From an uncultured Bacteroidota bacterium (lineage in GTDB: Bacteria > Bacteroidota > Bacteroidia > JABEUT01), in contig CAVYDB010000007.1 in assembly GCA_963767125.1 (NCBI GenBank), forward strand, positions 78,083 to 142,082: a stretch of 64,000 bases of DNA. The letters are read 5' to 3'. Positions 56,807 through 64,000 of this stretch are shown piece by piece (within the stretch, counting starts at the first letter, position 1; every line of letters starts with the position of its first letter). The notes below the pieces were generated by a model. That model saw nothing but the letters and a program-made list of their open reading frames with translations. It searched no databases and was not told the origin of the DNA. The position numbers were made by a program, and so were the translations under genes.

Positions 56807-57232
56807 TTAGCTGTTCCAGTTAATATTTCCTATCAGCAGGGGAATTTTCATCACCAGTTTTTTATCATTTGTTTTTGCTGAAAAAGGGTTTTTCATAAAT
56901 ACGCAGCTTTGCAGGGTATCTATGGTTAATGCCTGGCTGGTGTTACCATATATCACTTTAATGGTGAATGCCGGTATAAGCTGTATTTTCCCTAATGGAG
57001 CCAGCGCAATAATATTGTTTATTTCCTCTTTGAAAAGCTCGATGGAGCCGGTGTATTTAAACTGACCATAGCCTTGCCCTATGGGAAAGTTGCCGGCGCC
57101 ATAGTTGTTTTCCATGGCTTGCTCTTCATCATATTCTATAGATGTGATGCCTACCAGTGGTGTAGTGCCGAAAAGCATTACCTGCACGTCGCCCCAGCTG
57201 TAATTAATGCCGTTTATAAGTGGATTTGCCAT
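56807..57232 (-). CDS. Tail tube protein candidate
   Basis: 141 aa, lying between the sheath-sized gene and the chaperone pair. Positional call. Confidence 0.5.
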   Translation of the reverse strand: MANPLINGINYSWGDVQVMLFGTTPLVGITSIEYDEEQAMENNYGAGNFPIGQGYGQFKYTGSIELFKEEINNIIALAPLGKIQLIPAFTIKVIYGNTSQALTIDTLQSCVFMKNPFSAKTNDKKLVMKIPLLIGNINWNS

Positions 57233-57288
57233 ATTTTTAAATTAATTTGATGATTTGGTAATTTGAAGATTTGATAATACTGTGAACT

Positions 57289-58869
57289 TTATAAGCTGAC
57301 TGCAAATTGAAGGTTAATGACTATTTCCCTTGCTACGCCCACCGGTTGCAGCAATACAGTTACTACCAGCGTACTTGTGCTTAACACATTTTGCGCCGGA
57401 TTAATATTCACTTTAAAGCCACTTAATTCCGGCCGGCCGGTATTGGGGTTTGTTTGAGCCATATTACTCAGCGCCTGTTCACCAATTCCTTCAAAAAAAG
57501 CAACGGTGGAATTAGTCAGTGTCCCATCGGCATTTACCGTTAATGGGGCAGCGAGTTGCTCAATATAGGCTGCATATAACTGGCGTGAAGCTTTATCGAA
57601 TGTGCGGTTATTTTCAATATAGGCGTAATCGGAGGTATAGGCTGTGCAGCAATGCGAATCATTTACATACGTTCCGTTCGGACTGTCGTTTATAAACTGC
57701 CGCCCGAAGATATACCGGAATGCATCCACCGAATTAATAGTGCCCGCGCTTAATGTACTTAATAATTCAGGTGTAACTCCAGCCCCACTAATGGTAGTGG
57801 CAAAAGCAGGAACGGCATTTTCTATTCCATCGGGGCTTAAGGTATAAGTGGCTACCCAGGCTATATCGTCAGAAACCTGCGATGCCGAAACCAGGCCCAA
57901 CACATCGCCAAGCTGGGTAACTGAAAAACCTTGTGCATAAAATATTCCTGCTCCTGTAGCCGCCCCATCCTGACCTATTACCAGGCTCACATGCTCTGAA
58001 CCTAATATGGAGAGGTCACTTAAACCGGAGGCGCCGTTGGTAAGGGTTGCAAAATCAGTCCCCACAATGGCGCTTAACGGGGCATTATTGGCTATCAATG
58101 TTTTTATTTGTGCTTCAATAGCGGTTACATAATCCAACGTTTGCTCTAACGTGGAAAAAGGGGTAGGTATATATACGCCTAATTGCCTTATGGCGCCGCC
58201 TGCAAAAGCCTGCATGCTCCCTACTTCGGGGAAAGCATAAGCATCTCCCGGCGATTCATCGAATATTCCAACATATAAGGTGGAATTGGGACTTTGGGTA
58301 AAGTACCGGTTTATATGATACCAGGTATTTAAAACCGAAGCTATACCCCCGGAAAAATTATGCGTCATGGTTCCTGCAATCGTTCCGGTGATATTCACGC
58401 TTAAAGGGGTATTCGGCGAGTTTGGGTATAGCCCAAGCCCGGGGCGTGCCTTAATAGTAACTGCCCCTGCCGTATTACTTGCAGTGTAGCCTGTTAAATT
58501 CGTATTGATGGCTTTAACGATACTATCTGCCAGAAGAGTGACAGAAGTATCGCCCGCTGAACGGGTATAGGTACACAATGTTATTAAATTGGTGTACTCC
58601 TGCACCTGGAATACCATAGTATCACCCGCTGCTCCGTATCCGGTTATTGTATATTCGGCAGTAGCTGCATCTTCATCTGAATAGTTTCCGGCAGATACCG
58701 GTATTATTCCTGCATTGATAGCATCCTGTATCCCGCCGAATTTGGCAATTCCCCCGGAAGGAAACAGAGTGGGCGCCGTGCCATAAAATACCAACCCGGA
58801 AATAAAATCCTGCCCTGATGGTTGCCGTCCAAGCCCGCCCTGTCCCCTGTTTATTATTACGTTATTCAT
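57289..58869 (-). CDS. Tail sheath protein candidate
   Basis: 526 aa, first large gene after the head genes, followed by the tube-sized gene and the frameshifting chaperone. Positional call, no named motif. Confidence 0.45.
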   Translation of the reverse strand: MNNVIINRGQGGLGRQPSGQDFISGLVFYGTAPTLFPSGGIAKFGGIQDAINAGIIPVSAGNYSDEDAATAEYTITGYGAAGDTMVFQVQEYTNLITLCTYTRSAGDTSVTLLADSIVKAINTNLTGYTASNTAGAVTIKARPGLGLYPNSPNTPLSVNITGTIAGTMTHNFSGGIASVLNTWYHINRYFTQSPNSTLYVGIFDESPGDAYAFPEVGSMQAFAGGAIRQLGVYIPTPFSTLEQTLDYVTAIEAQIKTLIANNAPLSAIVGTDFATLTNGASGLSDLSILGSEHVSLVIGQDGAATGAGIFYAQGFSVTQLGDVLGLVSASQVSDDIAWVATYTLSPDGIENAVPAFATTISGAGVTPELLSTLSAGTINSVDAFRYIFGRQFINDSPNGTYVNDSHCCTAYTSDYAYIENNRTFDKASRQLYAAYIEQLAAPLTVNADGTLTNSTVAFFEGIGEQALSNMAQTNPNTGRPELSGFKVNINPAQNVLSTSTLVVTVLLQPVGVAREIVINLQFAVSL

Positions 58870-58943
58870 GTGTGTTTAAAGTTTAATTATTAGTTATTAT
58901 AAATATGTTTTACTGTTTTATTTTCTTATTTCATAGGTCACCG

Positions 58944-59414
58944 CTACTTCACCAGCTTTTGCAAGGCTTCCGTTATTGCTTTCACGGGGCTGTCTTCGTC
59001 ATTATCTGTTTCAGCTTTTTGTTTTGCCTTCATTGCCCTTTGTTCTGCTTTGTATGCCGAAATAATTTCATCTTTGTTTTCCAGTACCTCGTCCCTGGAG
59101 TATTCCTTTATCACTGCTTTACGAGCAATATATTTTCCGGCTAACAAAACTTTCTTCTGTCTTTTACCCTGCTTTATCAGCGTAGCCTCGGTTGCTATTT
59201 TAGGGTCGAGGTCAACATATTCATGCAGGTCGCCCCCGGGGGAGAAGAAATACCCATCGGAAGTGATATACACCCGGCTGACATGCCCGCATAGCGCATG
59301 CTCAAGCGCATTGATAAGATTATACGCCTGCAGGCTGGTCAGTTCGGGAATTGGGTTTCCCTGAAAGAGGCTTTTTTCAACTTTAACAATAGGGTTAAGG
59401 GTTTTTACCGGCAT
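58944..59414 (-). CDS. Hypothetical head-tail joining region protein
   Basis: 156 aa with a Lys/Glu-rich C-terminal tail. Confidence 0.4.
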   Translation of the reverse strand: MPVKTLNPIVKVEKSLFQGNPIPELTSLQAYNLINALEHALCGHVSRVYITSDGYFFSPGGDLHEYVDLDPKIATEATLIKQGKRQKKVLLAGKYIARKAVIKEYSRDEVLENKDEIISAYKAEQRAMKAKQKAETDNDEDSPVKAITEALQKLVK

Positions 59415-59509
59415 TTTATTAGAGATTGATTATTATTGATTAGCTATAAGATGTTAGATAAAAGATAGTTGAAAACCACCTGTTAATTCCACCGTGTATT
59501 ACTTCCTTT

Positions 59510-59995
59510 TTAGTTTCCTGCCATGTACGAGGTTTCCCTCCAGGCATTTCCATCGAACATGAAAGTGATGTGATATGACTTTTTGGCTGCCACCGGGATA
59601 TTCAAATTAAAACCTTTAAACCCTTTGGTGAAGATGACGTGCTTTCTGAGAAAAAGCGTATCGGCGCCTACACACTGGAATTCGATTTTATCGCAAACAT
59701 TGCTGCGGGTAGTATTCGCATATAAGTACAAGGTGTCTTTTATGCTATCGCCCGGCTGTATAAAAGTTTCAAATCCGTGGGGAGTAAATTTTGCCGTATC
59801 GTGGTACCCGGTATCTTTTGGGGTATAATAATAATAAGTAAGCACCCTGCCTGTATTGTCGTCATTGGGTACTATACCGAAACGGGGAGATACGTTTTGG
59901 GCGAAACAGCTGAACGCAATTAAGTTGAAAGCAAATATAACTCCGCCGGATTTCAGAATTTTTGAAATACTATTTCTTATTTGATTTTTCTTCAT
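59510..59995 (-). CDS. Secreted protein inserted between capsid and tail genes
   Basis: Signal GVIFAFNLIAFSCFAQ. 161 aa, no motif. Confidence 0.5.
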   Translation of the reverse strand: MKKNQIRNSISKILKSGGVIFAFNLIAFSCFAQNVSPRFGIVPNDDNTGRVLTYYYYTPKDTGYHDTAKFTPHGFETFIQPGDSIKDTLYLYANTTRSNVCDKIEFQCVGADTLFLRKHVIFTKGFKGFNLNIPVAAKKSYHITFMFDGNAWRETSYMAGN

Positions 59996-60106
59996 GATTT
60001 TATTTTTTTAACTTTTTTAATATATACTTTTTATCTTTTCGGGGTATTCCCCCGGAAGACTGTTTCCAATACTCCGGGGTATTTACCCTAATCAACCCTA
60101 TGAAAA

Positions 60107-61123
60107 TTAATGTGTAATATTTGTGAATAGTACCATTTGGTCGCCCCAGCCGTGGTTTACATCCACTTTAAAAATCCCTTTTACATACCACAGGTCGCTG
60201 GGATTGCTGGTTTTTTTCATTTCAAGTTGAACATCATCGGTACTGTTTACACCAATCCAAAGGTTGCTTTGAATATCCGGTCGCCCGACGGTAAGGAACA
60301 TGGTTCCCGGGTTCAATCCTGCCAGCGGAACAATATCGTGACCTTTATACCGGTTGATACCGCTTTGGGTGGAGTCAATATTCTTATGCGCATCCTGACG
60401 TAAGGCCTCTTCGTAAATATCCTGGTCGGAATAACTCATAAAATATCTCAATCCTAATGGACCGTAACGATAGCATAAAGCTTTGCTGAGGGTATTATTC
60501 ATAAGGGTTTGGCGCATGGAAGTAAGCCTGTCCCTTATATTGGTGTAATCGTAGGATGTCCAGGAAAGGGTTTGTACCGTGGAATCACTTAATGCCTTGT
60601 AAAGGAACCCGTCGAACATATAGTCGGCATTGGTCTGTAACGTATTGTCGGTATAGCCTTTGCCGGTGGGAGCCACATTAGCTCCTGCGGGGTCAAACAT
60701 CAATCGTGAATTCCAGAATGCTGTTTCAAAATATTCGTTCAGGCGCTTCATGTATTGCAGCATAATGAAGTTCTCTGCTGTTGGGGGCAGCGTGCGGTCA
60801 ATGAGCCTGTCTTGTTCAAATTGTTCAGCGAAAAAATGCTGTTCAAAATCGGCAGGATTAAACTCCTGGTACATTTCAAACTTTTGGGGATCGAGTACAC
60901 GCCCATCCACCGTTATGTTCCCTGAGCTTACGGGAGTTGCAGCATAATGCTGTATTAGCCCGCTTACTTCCACACGCGGTATGGTTACTTGCTTGCGGAT
61001 TCCATCTACCACGTTGGCACAACCTTTTACTATTGTGTCCACGTCAACAACAGCGCGGGTTATCATATAGTCGAGTGCGGGACCCGACCAGCTTGTGTCT
61101 GTAATATTCAGTACGTCTGCCAT
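60107..61123 (-). CDS. Major capsid protein
   Basis: 338 aa, immediately downstream of the protease-scaffold gene. Size and position are typical; no motif checked. Confidence 0.65.
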   Translation of the reverse strand: MADVLNITDTSWSGPALDYMITRAVVDVDTIVKGCANVVDGIRKQVTIPRVEVSGLIQHYAATPVSSGNITVDGRVLDPQKFEMYQEFNPADFEQHFFAEQFEQDRLIDRTLPPTAENFIMLQYMKRLNEYFETAFWNSRLMFDPAGANVAPTGKGYTDNTLQTNADYMFDGFLYKALSDSTVQTLSWTSYDYTNIRDRLTSMRQTLMNNTLSKALCYRYGPLGLRYFMSYSDQDIYEEALRQDAHKNIDSTQSGINRYKGHDIVPLAGLNPGTMFLTVGRPDIQSNLWIGVNSTDDVQLEMKKTSNPSDLWYVKGIFKVDVNHGWGDQMVLFTNITH

Positions 61124-61161
61124 GTTAATTTATTTAAGATTTAAAATTTATGAACTACGAT

Positions 61162-62298
61162 TTATTGTTTCTGTTTTTCACTGATTGTCCTGCGCTTTGC
61201 TGCCATAAATGAGCCAATATTTACAGGCTGTTCCATCCCTCCGGCATTTTCAATATGAATTTTTGCAGCAGCCCGGTAAGAGGATAACCCATCAATGAGA
61301 GAGCGGGTGCGGTCTTTATCGGCTACATATAAATCGACCCAGGCATTTTTAGCTTCAGCTTTTAGCTTGCCCGTTTTTACTGCCTCATTCACCACTGTTT
61401 CAGCCTCTGCTTTTAGTACAAGGGCTTCGGCTTCCTTCCTTTTATTCTTCAAAGTTTCAGCTTCCAGTTTGGTTACTTTACACTCCTCTTCCATCGCTGC
61501 ATACTTCTCTCTCAGCTCAGTCAATTCTTTTTCTTTAGCTACAATGGTCTCTGAAAGTTTATCCAATTCTTCATTAGATGGGATGCTGTTCTTAATAGCT
61601 TTCACAGCTTTGATGAATTCCTTTTCCGAAGCATTTTCCGGAAGTTCGAGCAGGTTTGCAAGTCCTTTCATATATTCTGTTTGTTTTGATTCAATACTAT
61701 TTACCACTTCCAGCAGTTTTTTATGGGCTGCCTGTGGAGTAGTTTTATTGGTGATTTTTGGCAAATTGGCATCAGTGGTAATGTCCACAATCTCATCTAC
61801 CAACTTATTTTCCAACGATTCTTCAGCGTTCAGCCAGGAGGTTTTGTCCATTAAATCACTCATCTCCGATTCTGAAATTCCTGTACGCGGGCAAAGCATT
61901 TTTATAAGAGTTTCTTTCAGGGTATCTAACTCTTTGCTATCGCCTCCGCTGGGGTTGTGAAGCATTACCTGTCCCCAGGGAACCATTTTGCGGGTTCTGC
62001 CTGCCTGGAGAATTACACCAGCCATACTTACTGCTATACCCACACATACCGTATCTACCGGAATGGTGCAGGATTTGATAGCAGAATAAATAGTCATGCC
62101 ATCTATAATAGAACCGCCGAGGCTATTGATGTGAACCTCTATCCCTTTTTTAGCTTGCTTTTCAAGACACGTTAAATATTCCGCAAACTCTTTCCCGCTA
62201 ATCCCGCTAATGGTACCATCTTCATTACGCTCCTCCCCTATTACATCGTAAAGTTGCAATACCGGGATTTCGTCGTTTTCGTTTTTACAGAATATCAT
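61162..62298 (-). CDS. Prohead protease (ClpP/S14-like) fused to scaffold-like coiled coil
   Basis: The N-terminus is IEVHINSLGGSIIDGMTIYSAI...VCVGIAVSMAGVILQAG...VMLHNPSGG, the ClpP-fold Ser/His context. The C-terminal 170 aa are Glu/Lys/Ala-rich coiled coil. Confidence 0.8.
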   Translation of the reverse strand: MIFCKNENDEIPVLQLYDVIGEERNEDGTISGISGKEFAEYLTCLEKQAKKGIEVHINSLGGSIIDGMTIYSAIKSCTIPVDTVCVGIAVSMAGVILQAGRTRKMVPWGQVMLHNPSGGDSKELDTLKETLIKMLCPRTGISESEMSDLMDKTSWLNAEESLENKLVDEIVDITTDANLPKITNKTTPQAAHKKLLEVVNSIESKQTEYMKGLANLLELPENASEKEFIKAVKAIKNSIPSNEELDKLSETIVAKEKELTELREKYAAMEEECKVTKLEAETLKNKRKEAEALVLKAEAETVVNEAVKTGKLKAEAKNAWVDLYVADKDRTRSLIDGLSSYRAAAKIHIENAGGMEQPVNIGSFMAAKRRTISEKQKQ

Positions 62299-62337
62299 TT
62301 TTGTATAGTGAATACTATTTTATTTTCATTCACGTTG

Positions 62338-62392
62338 CAAAAATAAATGGTGAAAAAGGGTGTTCATAAAAAGTCAATGAGAAGTCATTGAC
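62338..62392 (-). promoter_or_regulatory. Composite late promoter with duplicated palindrome
   Basis: Cores GTCAATGAG (62373-62381) and GTCATTGAC (62384-62392). A 27-nt gap separates the first core from TATTTTTG (minus strand, 62338-62345). It lies 39 nt upstream of ATG 62298. Confidence 0.6.
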
Positions 62393-62491
62393 CGGTCCCG
62401 AAAAAAACATCTTATGATTTACCTTTGCATATATCTGAAAAGGGCTTCTGCAAAAGGGTTAAAGTCAATATAAGATATTCAAAATCTACTT

Positions 62492-62719
62492 ATGGCGCTT
62501 AGTTACCGCAAACAAATACAATCCAGCTTAAGTCCCCGGTACAAATTGCTGTTGCTTGCTTTCCGCAACCTAACAGGGAAAGACAACGAAGCCCATGCCA
62601 TTCGTTCTATTATCGAAGAAAAATTTGACAAGCTGCCCTTGCCCGATAAACTGATGTTTAAGCGTTATATCGAAAAGCATTTCCCCGATGATGCAAGTGT
62701 AATGCAGGGGATGGAGTGA
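62492..62719 (+). CDS. Hypothetical small protein
   Basis: 75 aa, plus strand, followed by the hairpin TTTTACC-N5-GGTAAAA. Confidence 0.4.
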   Translation: MALSYRKQIQSSLSPRYKLLLLAFRNLTGKDNEAHAIRSIIEEKFDKLPLPDKLMFKRYIEKHFPDDASVMQGME

Positions 62720-62856
62720 TATTATTCCCTTTTTACCTGAGGGGTAAAATTGTAACTTGAAGATTTCCTATTCCTTTCCGGTCAACTGCATCATAAAACC
62801 ATACTTAAAAAATTATGGTTCAGTTACTATTGTCCCGGGATATGAGTGCTTATTAT

Positions 62857-63002
62857 TTGCGGCGGCATTTGCGGTGTGATTTAAAGTTTGTAAATGTACA
62901 CTAAACATTTAATTATCAGATTATTATATTATACATTAAAAACTTAATCAGTGTACTGTACGGGCAATAATTGCGGCGCGAATTAAAGCAACAATTGCGG
63001 TG
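62857..63002. repeat. Iteron-like TTGCGG[CT]G repeats flanking an AT-rich core
   Basis: TTGCGGCG at 62857 and 62971; TTGCGGTG at 62869 and 62995. ATTTAAAG/AATTAAAG lies next to each pair. The ~80-nt AT-rich segment between them contains the inverted TGTACACT/AGTGTAC. Confidence 0.6.
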
Positions 63003-63114
63003 TAAATTGTGCTATAAAATATAAGCATAAAAAAAACCTATTCTGCCGGTGGATACCATTTGCAACCTCGAAGATAATTTTACATAAATTCCCAGGTATT
63101 AATTCCTTTACTTC

Positions 63115-63122
63115 TATATTTG
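63115..63122 (+). promoter_or_regulatory. -7 box TATATTTG
   Basis: Matches TAnnTTTG, 22 nt upstream of ATG 63145. Confidence 0.45.
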
Positions 63123-63144
63123 CTTACTAGAATTACCCATAAAA

Positions 63145-63693
63145 ATGACCCACTATATCCTCTTCACAGCCGAAGTGCAAATACATACATCTGCGAGGTT
63201 GCGCAAAGCAATTACCGATTCGTATAATGCCGGGGCAAGCTCACTTTATATTGCTATATCATCAGGCGGGGGGCTTATTTCCGAAGGGTTGTCGTTAGCT
63301 GCTTTATTAAGGAGCCTGCCGATAGAAGTGATAACCCATAACATAGGGCAAACAGACTCTATAGCCAACGTTATTTTTGCTTCCGGTAAAAAAAGATACG
63401 CCACAGCTACTGCCAGTTTTCTTTTTCATGGGGTAAGCCAGCCTCTTAATAGCAATATGTCGGAAACGCAATTGTACGAATCGTACACCAATTTGGTAAG
63501 GTTAAGGGAATCAATTGCCCTGCATTTTTCATCTTATACCGGTATTCCATTGGAAGATATTACTAACCTGATGGTGGACGGTGGGAAAATACTTTCTGCT
63601 ACCGATGCCCTTAACAGAAATATCATTCACGAAATGCGAAATTTTAATGTGCCTGCGGGAACTTCCATTATTTCGATAGGCAACGAACCATAG
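63145..63693 (+). CDS. ClpP-fold serine protease-like protein (second copy, non-structural orientation)
   Basis: 182 aa. LYIAISSGGGLISEGLSLAALLRSL...THNIGQTDSIANVIFASG...FLFHG parallels the ClpP/S14 layout (..INSPGG.., Ser, His). Confidence 0.55.
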   Translation: MTHYILFTAEVQIHTSARLRKAITDSYNAGASSLYIAISSGGGLISEGLSLAALLRSLPIEVITHNIGQTDSIANVIFASGKKRYATATASFLFHGVSQPLNSNMSETQLYESYTNLVRLRESIALHFSSYTGIPLEDITNLMVDGGKILSATDALNRNIIHEMRNFNVPAGTSIISIGNEP

Positions 63694-63731
63694 AAAGTTT
63701 ATAAAGTCTTTACTTTTGACTTTATAAACTT

Positions 63732-64000
63732 TTAACTTTTCACTAAAATTTCCTGCCCGTTAACATTTATCGTGAGAGCGCCATCAGCATTCATTGAAGC
63801 GGAAAAAGAGGTTAGCGTTTTGCCATCCAGTTTTAGCTGCTGGTTAATAGTGTTGCTAAGCTGCTGCCCTGTCCCCGGTGAATTAAGATAATTGGGTGCG
63901 GCGCATCCCACTAATGGAAACTGTTTCCACCAGCCCGGGTAGCTTAAAATTATATCCTCTGCTTCTTGCAATGTTGTGTCATCTACTGAAAAATCTCCGT
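63732..64000 (-). CDS. Hypothetical protein, C-terminal part (gene continues beyond window)
   Basis: The track starts it at TTG 63971, but the frame stays open to base 64000 (..GDFSVDDTTLQEAEDIIL..). Confidence 0.4.
   Translation of the reverse strand, partial: GDFSVDDTTLQEAEDIILSYPGWWKQFPLVGCAAPNYLNSPGTGQQLSNTINQQLKLDGKTLTSFSASMNADGALTINVNGQEILVKS

Noticed and set aside
41996-62298. Late region considered as a tailocin, extracellular contractile injection system or T6SS-like cluster
   Set aside because: A ClpP-type prohead protease-scaffold and a capsid-sized gene lie in the same unit, a terminase exists in the window, and a holin-endolysin cassette is present. This fits a capsid-forming phage or GTA-like particle better than a headless device.

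Overview
This is a 64-kb segment of a Bacteroidota-type chromosome. The evidence is that nine secreted proteins end in type IX secretion (T9SS) C-terminal sorting domains, TAnnTTTG -7 promoter boxes are present, and many ORFs carry lipoprotein signals. Bases 1-26.7 kb are a chromosomal and accessory mix. They hold a partial acyltransferase, a DUF2254-like membrane protein, feoAB, an ASST-like T9SS enzyme, an isolated but intact phage terminase large subunit, a secreted adenosine deaminase, an S41 peptidase, an orphan antitoxin, a Doc/antitoxin pair, an aromatic-hydroxylase/Rox-type FAD monooxygenase with TetR, ferritin, a PKD lipoprotein plus DoxX bracketed by a ~70-bp repeat, an IS1595 transposase fragment and a HicB/HicA-like pair. 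This part ends with arr (rifampin ADP-ribosyltransferase) directly behind a tRNA-Cys whose last 17 nt are re-created twice by two perfect 87-bp tandem units. Bases 26.8-64 kb are a prophage-like element with no integrase in the window. It starts with a CI/S24 repressor and a Cro-like gene with operator repeats, followed by a short early block (DUF1376). A 10-kb block of five T9SS cargo genes comes next and contains two orphan convergent CTD gene fragments. The rest is a minus-strand late region: a lysis cassette with a GH108 endolysin and a candidate unimolecular spanin, fibre/spike/hub candidates, a putative sheath-tube-chaperone set with an A9 -1 frameshift site, a glucosaminidase-bearing tape-measure candidate, a major capsid protein and a ClpP-type prohead protease-scaffold. 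Several low-GC, envelope-targeted morons interrupt the late region (an ArnT/PMT-like glycosyltransferase, lipoproteins and a second ClpP-like gene). The most notable non-obvious signal is a composite promoter, GTCAWTGAC-N26/27-TAWTTTTG. It heads the late transcription units and also the distant orphan terminase gene. All family assignments come from reading the translations against remembered motifs; no database search was possible.
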